Positions 22,051 through 33,050 of a DNA stretch of 50,166 nucleotides are shown here, one piece after another. The stretch is from assembly GCA_046596405.1 (NCBI GenBank), contig JBKJMN010000094.1, positions 1 to 50,166 on the forward strand. Reading direction: 5' to 3'. Source of the stretch: Burkholderiales bacterium. Its GTDB lineage: Bacteria; Pseudomonadota; Gammaproteobacteria; Burkholderiales; SG8-41. Numbering within the stretch: the stretch's first letter is position 1; each line of letters starts with the position of its first letter. A model generated the notes under the pieces. It searched no databases and had not been told where the DNA came from. It worked only from the letters and a program-made list of their open reading frames with translations. The position numbers and the translations under genes are program-made.

Positions 22051-24645
22051 TTAAGTTTGCAGTTCGCGCACGAGATCGCTCTCGAGCTTGATCACTTTTT
22101 TCGGATCACTCAACGCCGGGCCGTTGATCAGGAACACATCTTCCGCGCGGTCGCCCAGCGTGTTGATCTTGGCGGTGTAAAGATTGATCTGGTATGCGAC
22201 TAAGCAGCGGCCGACCCGCGACAAGAGTCCGGGGCGGTCGCCGGCGATGATGTTGAGCACTTTGTAGAGACCGCGTTCGTCCGCGGTAATCCTGACTTCG
22301 GGCGTGATCGGGAAATGCTTGAGTTGGCGGCTCACGCGGCCCTGCGCGGGCGGTTCGAGTGGCGTCTGATTGGCGAGACGCAGACCGAGTTCGTGCTCGA
22401 TGTAGCCGATCAGATCGCGGTACTGCGGCTTCTTGTTGGTGGGATCCAGAATCGCGAAGCTGTCCAGCGCGTAGCCGTGGCGCGTGGTGTATATTTTCGC
22501 GTCGACGATCGAATAGCTGATGCGCTCGAAAAAGCTGCAGATGCGCGCGAATAAATCTTTCTGGTCGCGCACGTAGATCATCACCTGCAGGCCTTCGCCG
22601 GCCGGCGACAGCCGCGCCTTGACGACGGGCACCGGTGTCTCGACCCGGTAGTTTAGAAGCCGCGTGTGCCATGCGATCTCGTCGACGTCGTGGCGCAGGA
22701 AATACGAAATGTCGAGCTGCGACCACAATTTTTCGGTCGCTTCGTCCTTGATTGCGTAGAGCCGCAGCTTGGCTTTGACGGCGTCCTGGCGCTGCTGCAG
22801 GTTGCTGTCGAGCGAGCCCGTGTCGCCGCTCAGGCGCCGGCGCGTCATCCAGAACAGATCCTCGAGCAGCTTCGCTTTCCAGCCGTTCCACACCTTGGGG
22901 CTCGTGCCGCGGATGTCGGCAACGGTCAGTATGTAGAGCGCGACCAGGTGGCGGTCGTCGCCGGCGCGTGCCGCGAAAGCGCTAATCACGTCCGGATCGG
23001 ACAAATCCCGCTTTTGCGCCGTCGCCGACATCACCAGATGGTTCTCGACCAGCCACGCAACGATCTCGGCATCGGCCGGGGGCAGGCCGTGGTCGCGGCA
23101 AAATCTGAGCGCATCGACGCGGCCCAGCGCCGAGTGGTCGCCGCCGCGGCCTTTGGCGATATCGTGAAAGAGCCCCGCGATATACAGCAGCTCGGGGCGG
23201 TCGAAGTCGTTCATCAGACGGCTCGCCAGCGGGAATTCGTGCGCGAGTTCGGGCACGGCGAAGCGCCGCAGATTGCGCACGACGTTGAGGATGTGCTCGT
23301 CGACGGTGTAGACGTGGTAGAGATCGTGCTGCATCTGGCCGGCGACGCGGCCGAACGCCGGGATGTAGCGGCCGAGGATGCCGTAGCGGTTCATGCGCTT
23401 CAATTCGCGCACCACGCGCGACGGGCTGCGCAGGATCTGCATGAAAAGCTCGCGGTTGCGCGGCTCGCGCCGGAACGCGGGGTTGATCAGAGTGCTCGCA
23501 CGCCACAGCGACCGCAGCGTGCCCGCGGCGATGCCTTTCAACTCGTGGCGCTGCTGCAGGATGACGAAGGCCTCGAGCATCGCGCCCGGCTCACGCTTGA
23601 ACAGCGCCTCGTCGTTGGCTTCGAGCAATTCGTTGCGGCTGTGAAAGCGGTCGTTGATTTTTTCGCTCGCGCGCCCGCGCGCTGGAAAAATCAGCGTGCC
23701 GAGGTTCTGCAGCACGATCGTGTTCAACTGGCCGATTTCGATCGCGGTGCGGTAAAAGCGCTGCATCAGATGCTCGCTCGCGCGGCGGTGCGCCGTATCG
23801 CGCAGGCCCATTTGCACGGCAAGCGCGGTCTGCACGTCGAACACGAGGCGCTCCTCGCGCCGCTGCGCGAGATAGTGCAGGCGTACGCGAAGATTCTGCA
23901 GGAAAGCCTCGTGCTTGCGCAGCAGCGCGGCTTCGCGGCGCGTGATGATGTCGCGTTTCACGAGGTCCGACCAGCGTGTGCCGATGCCGGCCGCCTTGCT
24001 GATCCACAATATCGTCTGCAGATCGCGCAGTCCGCCCGCGGTCTCCTTGATATTGGGCTCGAGATTGGTGTCGTGATAGCGCGCGTGGCGCTGCTCCTGC
24101 TCGAGGCGCTTGGCCTTCGTGAACTGAACGGGGTCGAGCGTGCGCCGGAAGTCGCGTTCGAACTGGCGAAACAGCGCGCGTTCGCCGGTGAGCAGGCGCG
24201 CTTCGAGCAGGCTCGTCTGGATGGTCACATCCTGCGCCGCGAGTTCCACGCATTCCGCGACTGTGCGCACGCTATGGCCGACGTCCAGGCCGATATCCCA
24301 CAGCAGACTCACGAACTGTTCGAGAGTCTGGGTAAGCGCGGGATCGGCAGCGCGCGGCAACAGGATCAGCAGATCGATGTCTGAATATGGAAACAATTGA
24401 CCGCGGCCATAACCGCCGACGGCTACCAGCGTAGCGCCGGCGGGCATCACGACATGCTGCCACACGGATTTCAACGTGGTATCGACGAGCTTGCGGTGCT
24501 CGCGCAGCAGTCTCGGTGCAGAATTGTCGGCGAGGTAACGCGCGCGCAGAGCGGCGCGATTTTCGGCCAGCCGCCGCTTCAGCCTCGCGCCCGTCGATTC
24601 CGCTGCGGCAGGAGCGGCGGGCGGCAGTTGGGGCGCTTCAGCCAT
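22051..24645 (-). CDS. glnD: [Protein-PII] uridylyltransferase/uridylyl-removing enzyme
   Basis: AVGGYGRG.L.PYSDIDL, LEPNIKE..GGLRD, HVYTVDEH, HD motif FHDIAKGRGGDHS, two ACT domains. Confidence 0.97.
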   Translation of the reverse strand: MAEAPQLPPAAPAAAESTGARLKRRLAENRAALRARYLADNSAPRLLREHRKLVDTTLKSVWQHVVMPAGATLVAVGGYGRGQLFPYSDIDLLILLPRAADPALTQTLEQFVSLLWDIGLDVGHSVRTVAECVELAAQDVTIQTSLLEARLLTGERALFRQFERDFRRTLDPVQFTKAKRLEQEQRHARYHDTNLEPNIKETAGGLRDLQTILWISKAAGIGTRWSDLVKRDIITRREAALLRKHEAFLQNLRVRLHYLAQRREERLVFDVQTALAVQMGLRDTAHRRASEHLMQRFYRTAIEIGQLNTIVLQNLGTLIFPARGRASEKINDRFHSRNELLEANDEALFKREPGAMLEAFVILQQRHELKGIAAGTLRSLWRASTLINPAFRREPRNRELFMQILRSPSRVVRELKRMNRYGILGRYIPAFGRVAGQMQHDLYHVYTVDEHILNVVRNLRRFAVPELAHEFPLASRLMNDFDRPELLYIAGLFHDIAKGRGGDHSALGRVDALRFCRDHGLPPADAEIVAWLVENHLVMSATAQKRDLSDPDVISAFAARAGDDRHLVALYILTVADIRGTSPKVWNGWKAKLLEDLFWMTRRRLSGDTGSLDSNLQQRQDAVKAKLRLYAIKDEATEKLWSQLDISYFLRHDVDEIAWHTRLLNYRVETPVPVVKARLSPAGEGLQVMIYVRDQKDLFARICSFFERISYSIVDAKIYTTRHGYALDSFAILDPTNKKPQYRDLIGYIEHELGLRLANQTPLEPPAQGRVSRQLKHFPITPEVRITADERGLYKVLNIIAGDRPGLLSRVGRCLVAYQINLYTAKINTLGDRAEDVFLINGPALSDPKKVIKLESDLVRELQT

Positions 24646-25450
24646 TCCCTGCGGTGGCGAACGCGGGCGGCGGCGGACTCTCCGCGGAGACCGTCAGCAC
24701 TTCGTAGCCGGTGGGTGTCACGAGAACGGTGTGCTCCCATTGCGCCGACAGGCTGTGATCCTTGGTCACTATCGTCCAGCCGTCGGCGAGTTGGCGGATG
24801 GCGGCGCGGCCGGCGTTGATCATCGGCTCGACGGTGAATGTCATGCCGGCGACGAGCTGCATGCCGGTGCCCCGGCGGCCGTAATGCAGCACCTGCGGTT
24901 CCTCGTGAAACTTGCGGCCGATGCCGTGCCCGCAGAATTCGCGCACCACGCTGCACCCGTAGCTTTCAGCGCAGGTCTGGATGGTCTGCCCGATGTCGCC
25001 GAGCCGGGCGCCCGCACGGACTTCGATAATGCCGCGCCACATGCATTCGTACGTGATGTCGCACAGCCGCCGCGCCTGCACCGAAGGCTCGCCGACGTAA
25101 AACATGCGACTGGTGTCGCCGTGAAAACCGTCTTTGATCACCGTGACGTCGATGTTGACGATATCGCCGGCTTTGATTTTTTTATCGCCGGGCACCCCGT
25201 GGCATACGACGTGGTTGACCGAGGTGCACACGGATTTCGGATAAGGCTGGTACCCGGGCGGCGCGTAATTCAGCGGCGCCGGCACTGTTTTCTGGACGTT
25301 GACCATGTAATCGTGGCACAGGCGGTCGATTTCGTTGGTGGTCATGCCGGGCTTTACCTGCGGCGTGATGAAATCGAGCACTTCGGACGCGAGTTGACCC
25401 GCTACGCGCATTTTGGCGATTTCGTCGGCGGTCTTGAACGCGGCGTTCAT
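24638..25450 (-). CDS. map: Methionine aminopeptidase type I
   Basis: CTSVNHVVCHGVP, DIVNIDVTV, GFHGDTSR, GHGIG, FTVEPMIN, SAQWEHT. ATG 25450 chosen; TTG 25489 is an alternative. Confidence 0.97.
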   Translation of the reverse strand: MNAAFKTADEIAKMRVAGQLASEVLDFITPQVKPGMTTNEIDRLCHDYMVNVQKTVPAPLNYAPPGYQPYPKSVCTSVNHVVCHGVPGDKKIKAGDIVNIDVTVIKDGFHGDTSRMFYVGEPSVQARRLCDITYECMWRGIIEVRAGARLGDIGQTIQTCAESYGCSVVREFCGHGIGRKFHEEPQVLHYGRRGTGMQLVAGMTFTVEPMINAGRAAIRQLADGWTIVTKDHSLSAQWEHTVLVTPTGYEVLTVSAESPPPPAFATAGNG

Positions 25451-25571
25451 CGTGGAAGAGGGACTATACACAAGGGTTTCGACATTCAAATCAAAAGGAG
25501 GCGGATTCTAGTCCAGATTGCAGCCGGAACCAAACCCGGCCTCGCCGCCGCCGCCGCGGGGACTTTCTGGG

Positions 25572-25601
25572 TTGAAAATAACCGCATAAAGATGATATAA
25601 T
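25572..25601 (+). promoter_or_regulatory. Sigma70 promoter of the rpsB-tsf operon
   Basis: TTGAAA (25572-25577), 18-bp spacer, extended -10 TG-A-TATAAT (25593-25601). Confidence 0.75.
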
Positions 25602-25658
25602 CGTCGTCTTGCTTGAAACAAGTTCCCCGCTGAATTTACGGGGTTTTCAGGCTTAAAT

Positions 25659-25735
25659 CGCACATCCGCCGTAGTCAGGGTGCTCGGCAACGAGTGTAAG
25701 TGGCGGATGGAGGCTTAACCCTTACTGGAGATTGT
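25659..25735 (+). promoter_or_regulatory. rpsB 5' leader (t44 / S2 autoregulatory RNA-like)
   Basis: Helix CATCCGCC (25663-25670) / GGCGGATG (25702-25709), internal GGGTGC, and TGGAGGCTTAACCC resembling the conserved 3' end of the E. coli rpsB leader. Confidence 0.75.
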
Positions 25736-26482
25736 ATGTCAACTAGCATGCGTGAAATGCTGGAGTGTGGTGTCCATTTCGGCCACCAGACCCGCTACTG
25801 GAACCCCAAGATGGCCCCGTTTATCTTCGGCCATCGCAACAAAATCCACATCATCAACCTGGAAAAGACGCTCGCGCTTTACCAGGATGCGCTGAAGTTC
25901 GTGCGCCAGATGACCGCCAACAAGGGCGTCATCATGTTCGTCGGCACCAAGCGCCAGGCGCGCGAGATCGTCAAAGAGGAAGCGCTGCGTTGCTCCGCGC
26001 CTTACGTCGATCACCGCTGGCTGGGTGGCATGCTGACCAATTACAAAACCGTCAAAGCCTCGATCAAGCGCCTGAAGGACATGGAGGCGATGGCCGAGGA
26101 CGGCACATTCGAGAAGCTGGTCAAAAAAGAAGCACTCAATTACCAGCGCGAAATCGTCAAGCTCGAGCGCAGCCTGGGCGGCATCAAAGACATGAACGGA
26201 CTGCCCGATGCGCTGTTCGTGATCGACGTCGGCTATCACAAAGGTGCGGTCGCCGAGGCGAAAAAGCTCGGCATTCCGATCATCGCGGTGGTCGATACCA
26301 ACCATAACCCGGAAGGCGTCGATTACGTGATTCCTGGCAATGACGACTCCAGCCGCGCGATCAGGCTGTATGCGCGCGGCGTGGCGGACGCGGTGCTCGA
26401 GGGCCGCAACCAGGTGGTGCAGGAGATCATCGGCGGCGACGAGGAATTCATCGAAGTCGAGGATGCCGCGCCAACGAAATAA
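25736..26482 (+). CDS. rpsB: 30S ribosomal protein S2
   Basis: [30 protein letters not shown]. Confidence 0.98.
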   Translation: MSTSMREMLECGVHFGHQTRYWNPKMAPFIFGHRNKIHIINLEKTLALYQDALKFVRQMTANKGVIMFVGTKRQAREIVKEEALRCSAPYVDHRWLGGMLTNYKTVKASIKRLKDMEAMAEDGTFEKLVKKEALNYQREIVKLERSLGGIKDMNGLPDALFVIDVGYHKGAVAEAKKLGIPIIAVVDTNHNPEGVDYVIPGNDDSSRAIRLYARGVADAVLEGRNQVVQEIIGGDEEFIEVEDAAPTK

Positions 26483-26495
26483 CGGACGCCTTCCG

Positions 26496-26522
26496 AAAAA
26501 GGGGCTGACGCCCCTTTTTTTT
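26496..26522 (+). terminator. Intrinsic terminator/attenuator between rpsB and tsf
   Basis: AAAAAGGGGC-TGAC-GCCCC followed by T8. Confidence 0.85.
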
Positions 26523-26620
26523 AGGTGACGATAGGGACGGCCGCCGGCCACCACCGCGCACCAGGGCGGCAGCGCCTGAACGGCCGCAGTTGAAGAATAA
26601 ATTTTGAATCTGGAGTTGAA

Positions 26621-27523
26621 ATGGCAGATGTAACCGCAGGGATGGTCAGGGATTTGCGCGATAAGACCGATGCCCCGATGATGGAATGCAAAAAAGCGCT
26701 GACCGAAGCCCATGGCGATCTCGCCAAGGCCGAAGAAATTCTACGCATCAAGCTCGGCAACAAGGCGAGCAAGGCGTCGTCGCGCGTGGCGGCCGAAGGC
26801 ATAGTCGCGGCGTTTGTCGCGGCCGACGGCAAGCTCGGCGCGCTGCTCGAAGTCAATTGCGAGACCGATTTCGTCGCCAAGAACGAGGATTTTCTCGCGT
26901 TCGCGGCGAAGGCCGCGCAGCTCGCGGCCACCAGCGATGCGGCAAATGTCGCCGCATTGTCGGCGCTGCCGCTCGATGGCGCGACGGTCGAAGAGGTGCG
27001 CACAAGGCTGGTCGGTAAGATCGGCGAGAACGTCTCGCTGCGCCGGTTCGAGCGCGTGGCGGCAACGGGAAAACTGGCGACCTACATTCATGGTGGCGCC
27101 AAAGTCGGCGTATTGATCGACGTCGCCGGCGGCGACGACGCGCTCGCGAAGGACATCGCAATGCACATCGCGGCGATCAAGCCGGTGGCATTGTCGAAAG
27201 CGGAAATTCCCGCCGACCTCATCAAGCGCGAGCGCGACATCGCGGCCGCCAAAGCGGCGGATTCGGGCAAGCCCGCGAACATCGTCGAAAAGATGGTCGA
27301 AGGCAGCGTGCAGAAATTTCTGAAGGAAGTCACTTTGCTCGGCCAGCCGTTCGTCAAAGACGACAAGCAGACGGTCGAGCAATTGCTGAAAAGCAAAAAC
27401 GCGACGGTTAACGCGTTCAAGCTCTACGTCGTTGGCGAAGGGTTGGAAAAACGCAAGGACGACTTCGTCGCCGAAGTCATGGCGCAGGCCAAGCAGGCCG
27501 ACAGGGCAGCGCAGCCGTCCTGA
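26621..27523 (+). CDS. tsf: Elongation factor Ts
   Basis: [38 protein letters not shown]. Confidence 0.98.
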   Translation: MADVTAGMVRDLRDKTDAPMMECKKALTEAHGDLAKAEEILRIKLGNKASKASSRVAAEGIVAAFVAADGKLGALLEVNCETDFVAKNEDFLAFAAKAAQLAATSDAANVAALSALPLDGATVEEVRTRLVGKIGENVSLRRFERVAATGKLATYIHGGAKVGVLIDVAGGDDALAKDIAMHIAAIKPVALSKAEIPADLIKRERDIAAAKAADSGKPANIVEKMVEGSVQKFLKEVTLLGQPFVKDDKQTVEQLLKSKNATVNAFKLYVVGEGLEKRKDDFVAEVMAQAKQADRAAQPS

Positions 27524-27527
27524 TCCC

Positions 27528-28247
27528 ATGGCCGACCAACCCGCGCATAAAAGGATATTGCTCAAGCTCAGCGGCGAGGCGCTGATGGGCGGGGACAGCT
27601 ACGGCATCAACCGGCCGACGATAGAGCGCATCATTTCCGAAATAGCCGAGGTCGTGTCGCTGGGCGTCGAAGTCGCGGTGGTGATCGGCGGCGGCAATAT
27701 TTTCCGTGGCGTGGCGCCCGCGGCGGCGGGAATGGACCGCGCGACTGCCGACTACATGGGCATGCTGGCGACCGTAATGAACGCGCTGGCGCTGCAGGAC
27801 GCGATGCGCCACATGAATCTCGTGAGCCGCGTGCAGTCGGCGCTCAACATCGAACAGGTCGTCGAGCCATATATCCGTGGCAAGGCGATGCGCTACCTCG
27901 AAGAGGGTAAGGTGGTGATTTTCGCCGCCGGCACCGGCAACCCGTTTTTCACCACCGACACTGCAGCGGCGCTGCGCGGGATGGAGATGAACGTGAGCCT
28001 CGTGCTCAAAGCGACCAAGGTCGACGGCGTTTACACCGACGACCCGAAGACCCACGCCGACGCGATGCGCTACAAGAGTCTCACGTTCGACGAGGCGATC
28101 ATCAAGAACTTGAAAGTGATGGACGCCACGGCATTGACGTTGTGCCGCGACCAGAAGTTGCCCATCAACGTGTTCAGCATTTTCAAGCCCGGCGCGTTCA
28201 AGCGTGTGGTAATGGGCCAGGACGAAGGCACGCTCGTGCATTGCTAG
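27528..28247 (+). CDS. pyrH: UMP kinase
   Basis: [42 protein letters not shown]. Confidence 0.98.
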   Translation: MADQPAHKRILLKLSGEALMGGDSYGINRPTIERIISEIAEVVSLGVEVAVVIGGGNIFRGVAPAAAGMDRATADYMGMLATVMNALALQDAMRHMNLVSRVQSALNIEQVVEPYIRGKAMRYLEEGKVVIFAAGTGNPFFTTDTAAALRGMEMNVSLVLKATKVDGVYTDDPKTHADAMRYKSLTFDEAIIKNLKVMDATALTLCRDQKLPINVFSIFKPGAFKRVVMGQDEGTLVHC

Positions 28248-28259
28248 CGGAGAACCCCC

Positions 28260-28817
28260 ATGATCGCCGACATCAAGAAATCCGCCGAAGAAAAAATGAA
28301 AAAGACGCTCGAGACGCTGAAGAACGATCTCGGCAAGATCCGCACGGGACGCGCGCATACGGGCCTGCTCGATCACGTGATGGTCGACTATTACGGCACC
28401 TCGACGCCGATCAACGGCGTTGCGAACGTGTCGCTGCTCGATGCGCGGACGATTGCGGTCACGCCGTGGGAGAAGAAATTGGTCGCCGCCATCGACAAGG
28501 CGATTCGCGACTCCGGCCTGGGCCTGAATCCGGCGACGATGGGCGATACCGTGCGCGTGCCGATGCCGGCGTTGACCGAAGAGCGCCGCAAGGATCTCGT
28601 CAAGGTAGTGCACCGGGAGGGCGAGGGCGCGCGGGTTGCCGTGCGTAACATCCGGCGCGACGCGAACAATCACCTGAAAGATCTGCTCAAGCAGAAAAAG
28701 GTCGCTGAAGACGAAGAGCGCCGCGCGCAGGACGACGTGCAGAAACTGACGGATCGCCATATCGCGGAAATCGACAAGATGCTGGCCGCCAAAGAAGCCG
28801 AACTGATAGCGGTATAG
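28260..28817 (+). CDS. frr: Ribosome recycling factor
   Basis: [28 protein letters not shown]. Confidence 0.98.
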   Translation: MIADIKKSAEEKMKKTLETLKNDLGKIRTGRAHTGLLDHVMVDYYGTSTPINGVANVSLLDARTIAVTPWEKKLVAAIDKAIRDSGLGLNPATMGDTVRVPMPALTEERRKDLVKVVHREGEGARVAVRNIRRDANNHLKDLLKQKKVAEDEERRAQDDVQKLTDRHIAEIDKMLAAKEAELIAV

Positions 28818-28826
28818 CGCACATCC

Positions 28827-29618
28827 GTGGCTACCCCCGGTTCAACTACGCTCGGCATTCCGGCGACGGCCGCGATGCCGCGGCACATAGCCATCATCAT
28901 GGACGGCAACGGCCGCTGGGCCAAGCAGCGTTATCTGCCGCGCATTGCGGGCCACCGGCGCGGGATCGAAAACGTCCGCAGCACGGTGCGCGCCTGCGCC
29001 GACAACGGCGTCGAATACCTGACCCTCTTCGCGTTCAGCAGCGAGAACTGGCGGCGGCCGGCCGAGGAAGTCTCGTTTCTGATGCAATTATTTATTTCCG
29101 CGCTCGAGCAGGAAGTCGCCAAGCTGCACGAAAACGGCGTGTGCTTCAAAGTGATCGGCGATTTGTCGCGGTTCGAGCGGTCGCTGCGCCAGCTCGTCGC
29201 CGACGCGGAGAAGCTGACTTGCGACAACAAGCGCCTGACGCTGACCGTAGCGGCCAACTATGGCGGGCGCTGGGATATCATGCAGGCGGTCAAGCGGATG
29301 CTAGCCGATAAGCCGCAACTCGCGGGTGAATTCGCCGAGGCGGACCTGCTGCCTTACCTCTCGCTCGCGTACGCGCCGGAGCCCGACCTTTTCATCCGCA
29401 CCGGCGGCGAGCAGCGCATCAGCAATTTCCTGCTGTGGCAACTCGCTTATTCGGAAATGTACTTCACCGATACCTTGTGGCCGGATTTCGATACGGCCGC
29501 ATTCGACGCGGCAATCACTTCCTATCAGCAGCGCGAGCGGCGGTTCGGCCGCACGAGCGAGCAATTGCGCGAAGACGGTGCCGAAGCATCGCTGCGGCGC
29601 GTCTCCGATGCTCGATAA
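28827..29618 (+). CDS. uppS: Undecaprenyl diphosphate synthase
   Basis: [47 protein letters not shown]. Confidence 0.97.
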   Translation: MATPGSTTLGIPATAAMPRHIAIIMDGNGRWAKQRYLPRIAGHRRGIENVRSTVRACADNGVEYLTLFAFSSENWRRPAEEVSFLMQLFISALEQEVAKLHENGVCFKVIGDLSRFERSLRQLVADAEKLTCDNKRLTLTVAANYGGRWDIMQAVKRMLADKPQLAGEFAEADLLPYLSLAYAPEPDLFIRTGGEQRISNFLLWQLAYSEMYFTDTLWPDFDTAAFDAAITSYQQRERRFGRTSEQLREDGAEASLRRVSDAR

Positions 29619-29642
29619 TGGCACGCGCATTGGGCGCCGCGC

Positions 29643-30446
29643 ATGCTGAAGCAGCGTTTGCTGACTGCCGGAATTCTGATTCCGCTGCTGCTGGCGGCAA
29701 TGTTTTTGCTGCCAGCCCTCTGGTGGCAGCTGGCGATCGTAGTGCCGGTGATCCTCGCCGCCCGCGAATGGTCGCGCCTGGCGGCCTTCGACCGCAGCGG
29801 CGAAGCGATATTCCTCGTCGTCTTGCTGGCGGCGATCGGCGCGCTCTTCGTCGTCGCCAATATGCGAGCTGGCCCAGCGGGGGAGAGCGCCGCGGCGGTG
29901 CGCGTGGTCCTCGGTTGCAGCGTCGCATTCTGGCTCATCGTGGTGCCGGTCTGGTTGTGGCTCAAGATCGTCCTGCGCCATCGCTTCCTGCTGGCGCTCT
30001 GCGGGATCGCCGTCCTGGTGCCGACCTGGCTCGCGCTGGCGCAATTGCAACGCACTCCGCTGCTTTTGCTGCTGTTGCTGGGAGTAGTGTGGATCGCCGA
30101 TACTGCGGCGTATTTTTTCGGCCGCAATTTCGGCCGCCACAAGCTGGCGCCCGGTATCAGCCCGGGAAAAACCTGGGAGGGCGTTGCCGGTGCGCTGGCC
30201 ACGGTCGCAGTGTATGCTCTCATCGTGCATTTTGCGGGAGTCACGGGACGTGATCGCGGATTTCTGGTCGCAACGTTTTTGGGCATGACGGTATTCAGCA
30301 TCGCCGGCGACCTCTACGAATCGTGGTTGAAGCGCAGCGCCGGCGTCAAGGACAGCGGCACGCTGCTGCCGGGGCACGGCGGCATCCTTGATCGCATCGA
30401 CGGCGTCATGGCGGCGCTGCCGCTGGCGGCCCTCATCTACCCATGA
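29643..30446 (+). CDS. cdsA: Phosphatidate cytidylyltransferase
   Basis: [48 protein letters not shown]. Confidence 0.97.
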   Translation: MLKQRLLTAGILIPLLLAAMFLLPALWWQLAIVVPVILAAREWSRLAAFDRSGEAIFLVVLLAAIGALFVVANMRAGPAGESAAAVRVVLGCSVAFWLIVVPVWLWLKIVLRHRFLLALCGIAVLVPTWLALAQLQRTPLLLLLLLGVVWIADTAAYFFGRNFGRHKLAPGISPGKTWEGVAGALATVAVYALIVHFAGVTGRDRGFLVATFLGMTVFSIAGDLYESWLKRSAGVKDSGTLLPGHGGILDRIDGVMAALPLAALIYP

Positions 30447-31684
30447 CCCAACCCCGGCAACTCGCCGTCCTCGGCTCGACCGGCAGCGTCGGCGTCAACA
30501 CGCTCGACGTCGTCGCCCGTCATCGCGAACGTTTTGAGGTCGTCGCGCTTGCCGCCCATCGCCAACTCGACCTCTTGTTTCGCCAATGTGTCGAATTCAG
30601 CCCGTCGTATGCGGTGATCGGCAGCGCGCGCGATGCCGAAGTGCTGGAGGAGAGATTGCGCGCGCAGGGCGTTGCGACTACGGTGCTGCACGGCGAGCGC
30701 GCCCTTGAGAAAGTCGCGAGCCTGCCGCAAGTCGACACGGTAATGGCGGCGATCGTCGGCATCGCCGGCCTGCGGGCGAGTTTCGCCGCCGTCCAGGCAG
30801 GCAAGCGCGTGTTGCTCGCAAACAAGGAAGCTCTGGTTACGGCGGGCCCGGTATTCATGCAGGCGGTGCGCGCGCACGGCGCGACTTTGTTGCCGATCGA
30901 CAGCGAGCACAACGCGGTTTTTCAGGCGTTGCCGCGCGGTTTTGCGGGCGATCTGGCTGCCGCCGGGGTGCGCCGCATCGTCCTGACCGCCTCGGGCGGA
31001 CCGTTTCGCGACGTCCCGCGCGAGCGCCTGCACCACGTGACGCCAGACGAAGCGTGCGCGCATCCGAACTGGGTGATGGGGCGCAAGATTTCGGTTGATT
31101 CGGCGACGATGATGAACAAGGGACTCGAAATCATCGAGGCGAGCTGGTTGTTCAATGCGGATGAAAGCCGGATCAAGGTGGTCATTCATCCGGAAAGCGT
31201 TATCCATTCGCTGGTCGAATACGTAGACGGGTCACTGCTCGCCCAGCTCGGGAATCCTGACATGCGCACGCCGATCGCATTCGCGCTCGGCTTTCCCGAC
31301 CGCATCGACGCGGGTGTCGAAGGCCTCGATCTGGCGGTCTTGGGCCAGCTCAACTTTTTGGAGCCGGACAGCGCGAGATTTCCGTGCCTGGAGCTTGCGC
31401 GCGCCGCATTGCGCGCGGGCGGCAGCGCGCCGGCCGTGTTGAACGCCGCCAATGAGATCGCGGTGGGCGCATTTCTGGCCTCGCAACTCGGGTTCAACCG
31501 CATTCCGGAGTTGATCGAACACGCGCTCGCGACCGTCAGCAACGCGCCGCTTAATGATATCGAAGACGTGTTCGCGGCCGATCTGATCGCGCGCGAATGC
31601 GCACAGGACTGGCTGGCGCGCAATGGTGCGGGCGCCGCCCACCAGCCCTCGCGAGTGTCGGCTCAGCCGTCGGTAACGCGATGA
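30443..31684 (+). CDS. dxr: 1-deoxy-D-xylulose 5-phosphate reductoisomerase
   Basis: [42 protein letters not shown]. Confidence 0.98.
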   Translation: MTQPRQLAVLGSTGSVGVNTLDVVARHRERFEVVALAAHRQLDLLFRQCVEFSPSYAVIGSARDAEVLEERLRAQGVATTVLHGERALEKVASLPQVDTVMAAIVGIAGLRASFAAVQAGKRVLLANKEALVTAGPVFMQAVRAHGATLLPIDSEHNAVFQALPRGFAGDLAAAGVRRIVLTASGGPFRDVPRERLHHVTPDEACAHPNWVMGRKISVDSATMMNKGLEIIEASWLFNADESRIKVVIHPESVIHSLVEYVDGSLLAQLGNPDMRTPIAFALGFPDRIDAGVEGLDLAVLGQLNFLEPDSARFPCLELARAALRAGGSAPAVLNAANEIAVGAFLASQLGFNRIPELIEHALATVSNAPLNDIEDVFAADLIARECAQDWLARNGAGAAHQPSRVSAQPSVTR

Positions 31685-33045
31685 ATCTCCTGACCACCAT
31701 AGTCGCGTTCGCGGTGGCGCTTGGAACGCTCGTTGTCGTGCACGAGTTCGGCCATTATCTGGCAGCGCGCCTGTGCAATGTGAAGGTGCTGCGATTCTCG
31801 GTGGGTTTCGGCCGCGTGCTGGCGAGCCGCCGTCTCGGGCGCGACCAGACCGAATGGGCGCTGGCCGCTTTTCCGCTCGGCGGTTACGTCAAAATGCTCG
31901 ACGAGCGGGAGGGCGAAGTCGCGCCCGCGGACCTGCCGCGCGCGTTCAACCGCCAGTCGGTCGGCCGCCGGTTCATGATCGTGGTGGCGGGACCGCTCGC
32001 CAATTTCCTGCTCGCGATAGGTCTTTACTGGGTGATATTCATGCACGGCGTGCCCGGCCTGAAACCGGTCATCGGCGCGATCACCGCGGGTTCGCCGGCG
32101 GCGCAGGCGCAATTCGAGGTCGGCGAAGTCATCATCAAGGTCGGCGCCGAGCCGGTCGCGACGTGGCAGGATGCGCGCTGGGTACTGCTCAAGCACGCAG
32201 TAGACCGATCCAGCGTCGTCGTTGAAGCGCAGAATCAGCGTGCGGAAATCAATTTCCACAAGCTCGATATGGGCGGGTTGAAACCCGCTGACCTCGACGG
32301 CGACTTCCTGCGTACTCTGGGCTTCGCGCGTCCGCAGCCGCCGCTGGCGCCGGTGATAGGACGCGTGCTGCCCGGCGGCGCCGCGGAGCGCGCGGGCATG
32401 CTCGCAGGCGACGAAGTGGTTGCGATCGACGCAACCGCGGTGAAGCGCTGGGACCAGGTCGTCGCCGCGATCGGCGTCAATCCGGGACGGGAAGTCACGC
32501 TCGAAATCAAGCGCGGCGAGACGCTGCAGAAAATTCGCATCACGCCGGATGTTGTGGACGAAAATTCGGGCCGCATCGGCCGCATCGGCGTCGCGGTGCG
32601 CGTCGATGCCGAAGCGATGCGCCGCTACATGGTCGAAGTGCGCTACTCGCCGTGGGACAGTATCGGCAAAGCGCTCGAGCGCACGTGGGATACATCGCTC
32701 TTCAGCCTGCGCATGCTGGGGAAGATGATCATCGGCGAAGTGTCGCTGAAAAATCTGAGCGGCCCCATCACGATTGCCGATTACGCGGGCCAGTCCGCGC
32801 AAACCGGGTGGATTTCCTATCTCGCCTTCATTGCCCTGATCAGCATCAGTTTGGGCGTGCTCAATTTATTGCCCATCCCGTTATTGGATGGCGGACATTT
32901 GATGTATTATATGCTTGAAATTGTTAAGGGAAGTCCCGTGTCGACTCAGGTGATGGAGATCGGCCAGAACATCGGGATGGGATTGCTGTTTATGCTCATG
33001 AGTTTTGCACTTTATAACGATCTCACCAGGCTCTTGAACGGTTGA
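31681..33045 (+). CDS. rseP: RIP metalloprotease RseP
   Basis: [13 protein letters not shown], two PDZ domains, [12 protein letters not shown]; ATG at 31681 overlaps the dxr stop. Confidence 0.96.
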   Translation: MNLLTTIVAFAVALGTLVVVHEFGHYLAARLCNVKVLRFSVGFGRVLASRRLGRDQTEWALAAFPLGGYVKMLDEREGEVAPADLPRAFNRQSVGRRFMIVVAGPLANFLLAIGLYWVIFMHGVPGLKPVIGAITAGSPAAQAQFEVGEVIIKVGAEPVATWQDARWVLLKHAVDRSSVVVEAQNQRAEINFHKLDMGGLKPADLDGDFLRTLGFARPQPPLAPVIGRVLPGGAAERAGMLAGDEVVAIDATAVKRWDQVVAAIGVNPGREVTLEIKRGETLQKIRITPDVVDENSGRIGRIGVAVRVDAEAMRRYMVEVRYSPWDSIGKALERTWDTSLFSLRMLGKMIIGEVSLKNLSGPITIADYAGQSAQTGWISYLAFIALISISLGVLNLLPIPLLDGGHLMYYMLEIVKGSPVSTQVMEIGQNIGMGLLFMLMSFALYNDLTRLLNG

Positions 33046-33050
33046 ACACG

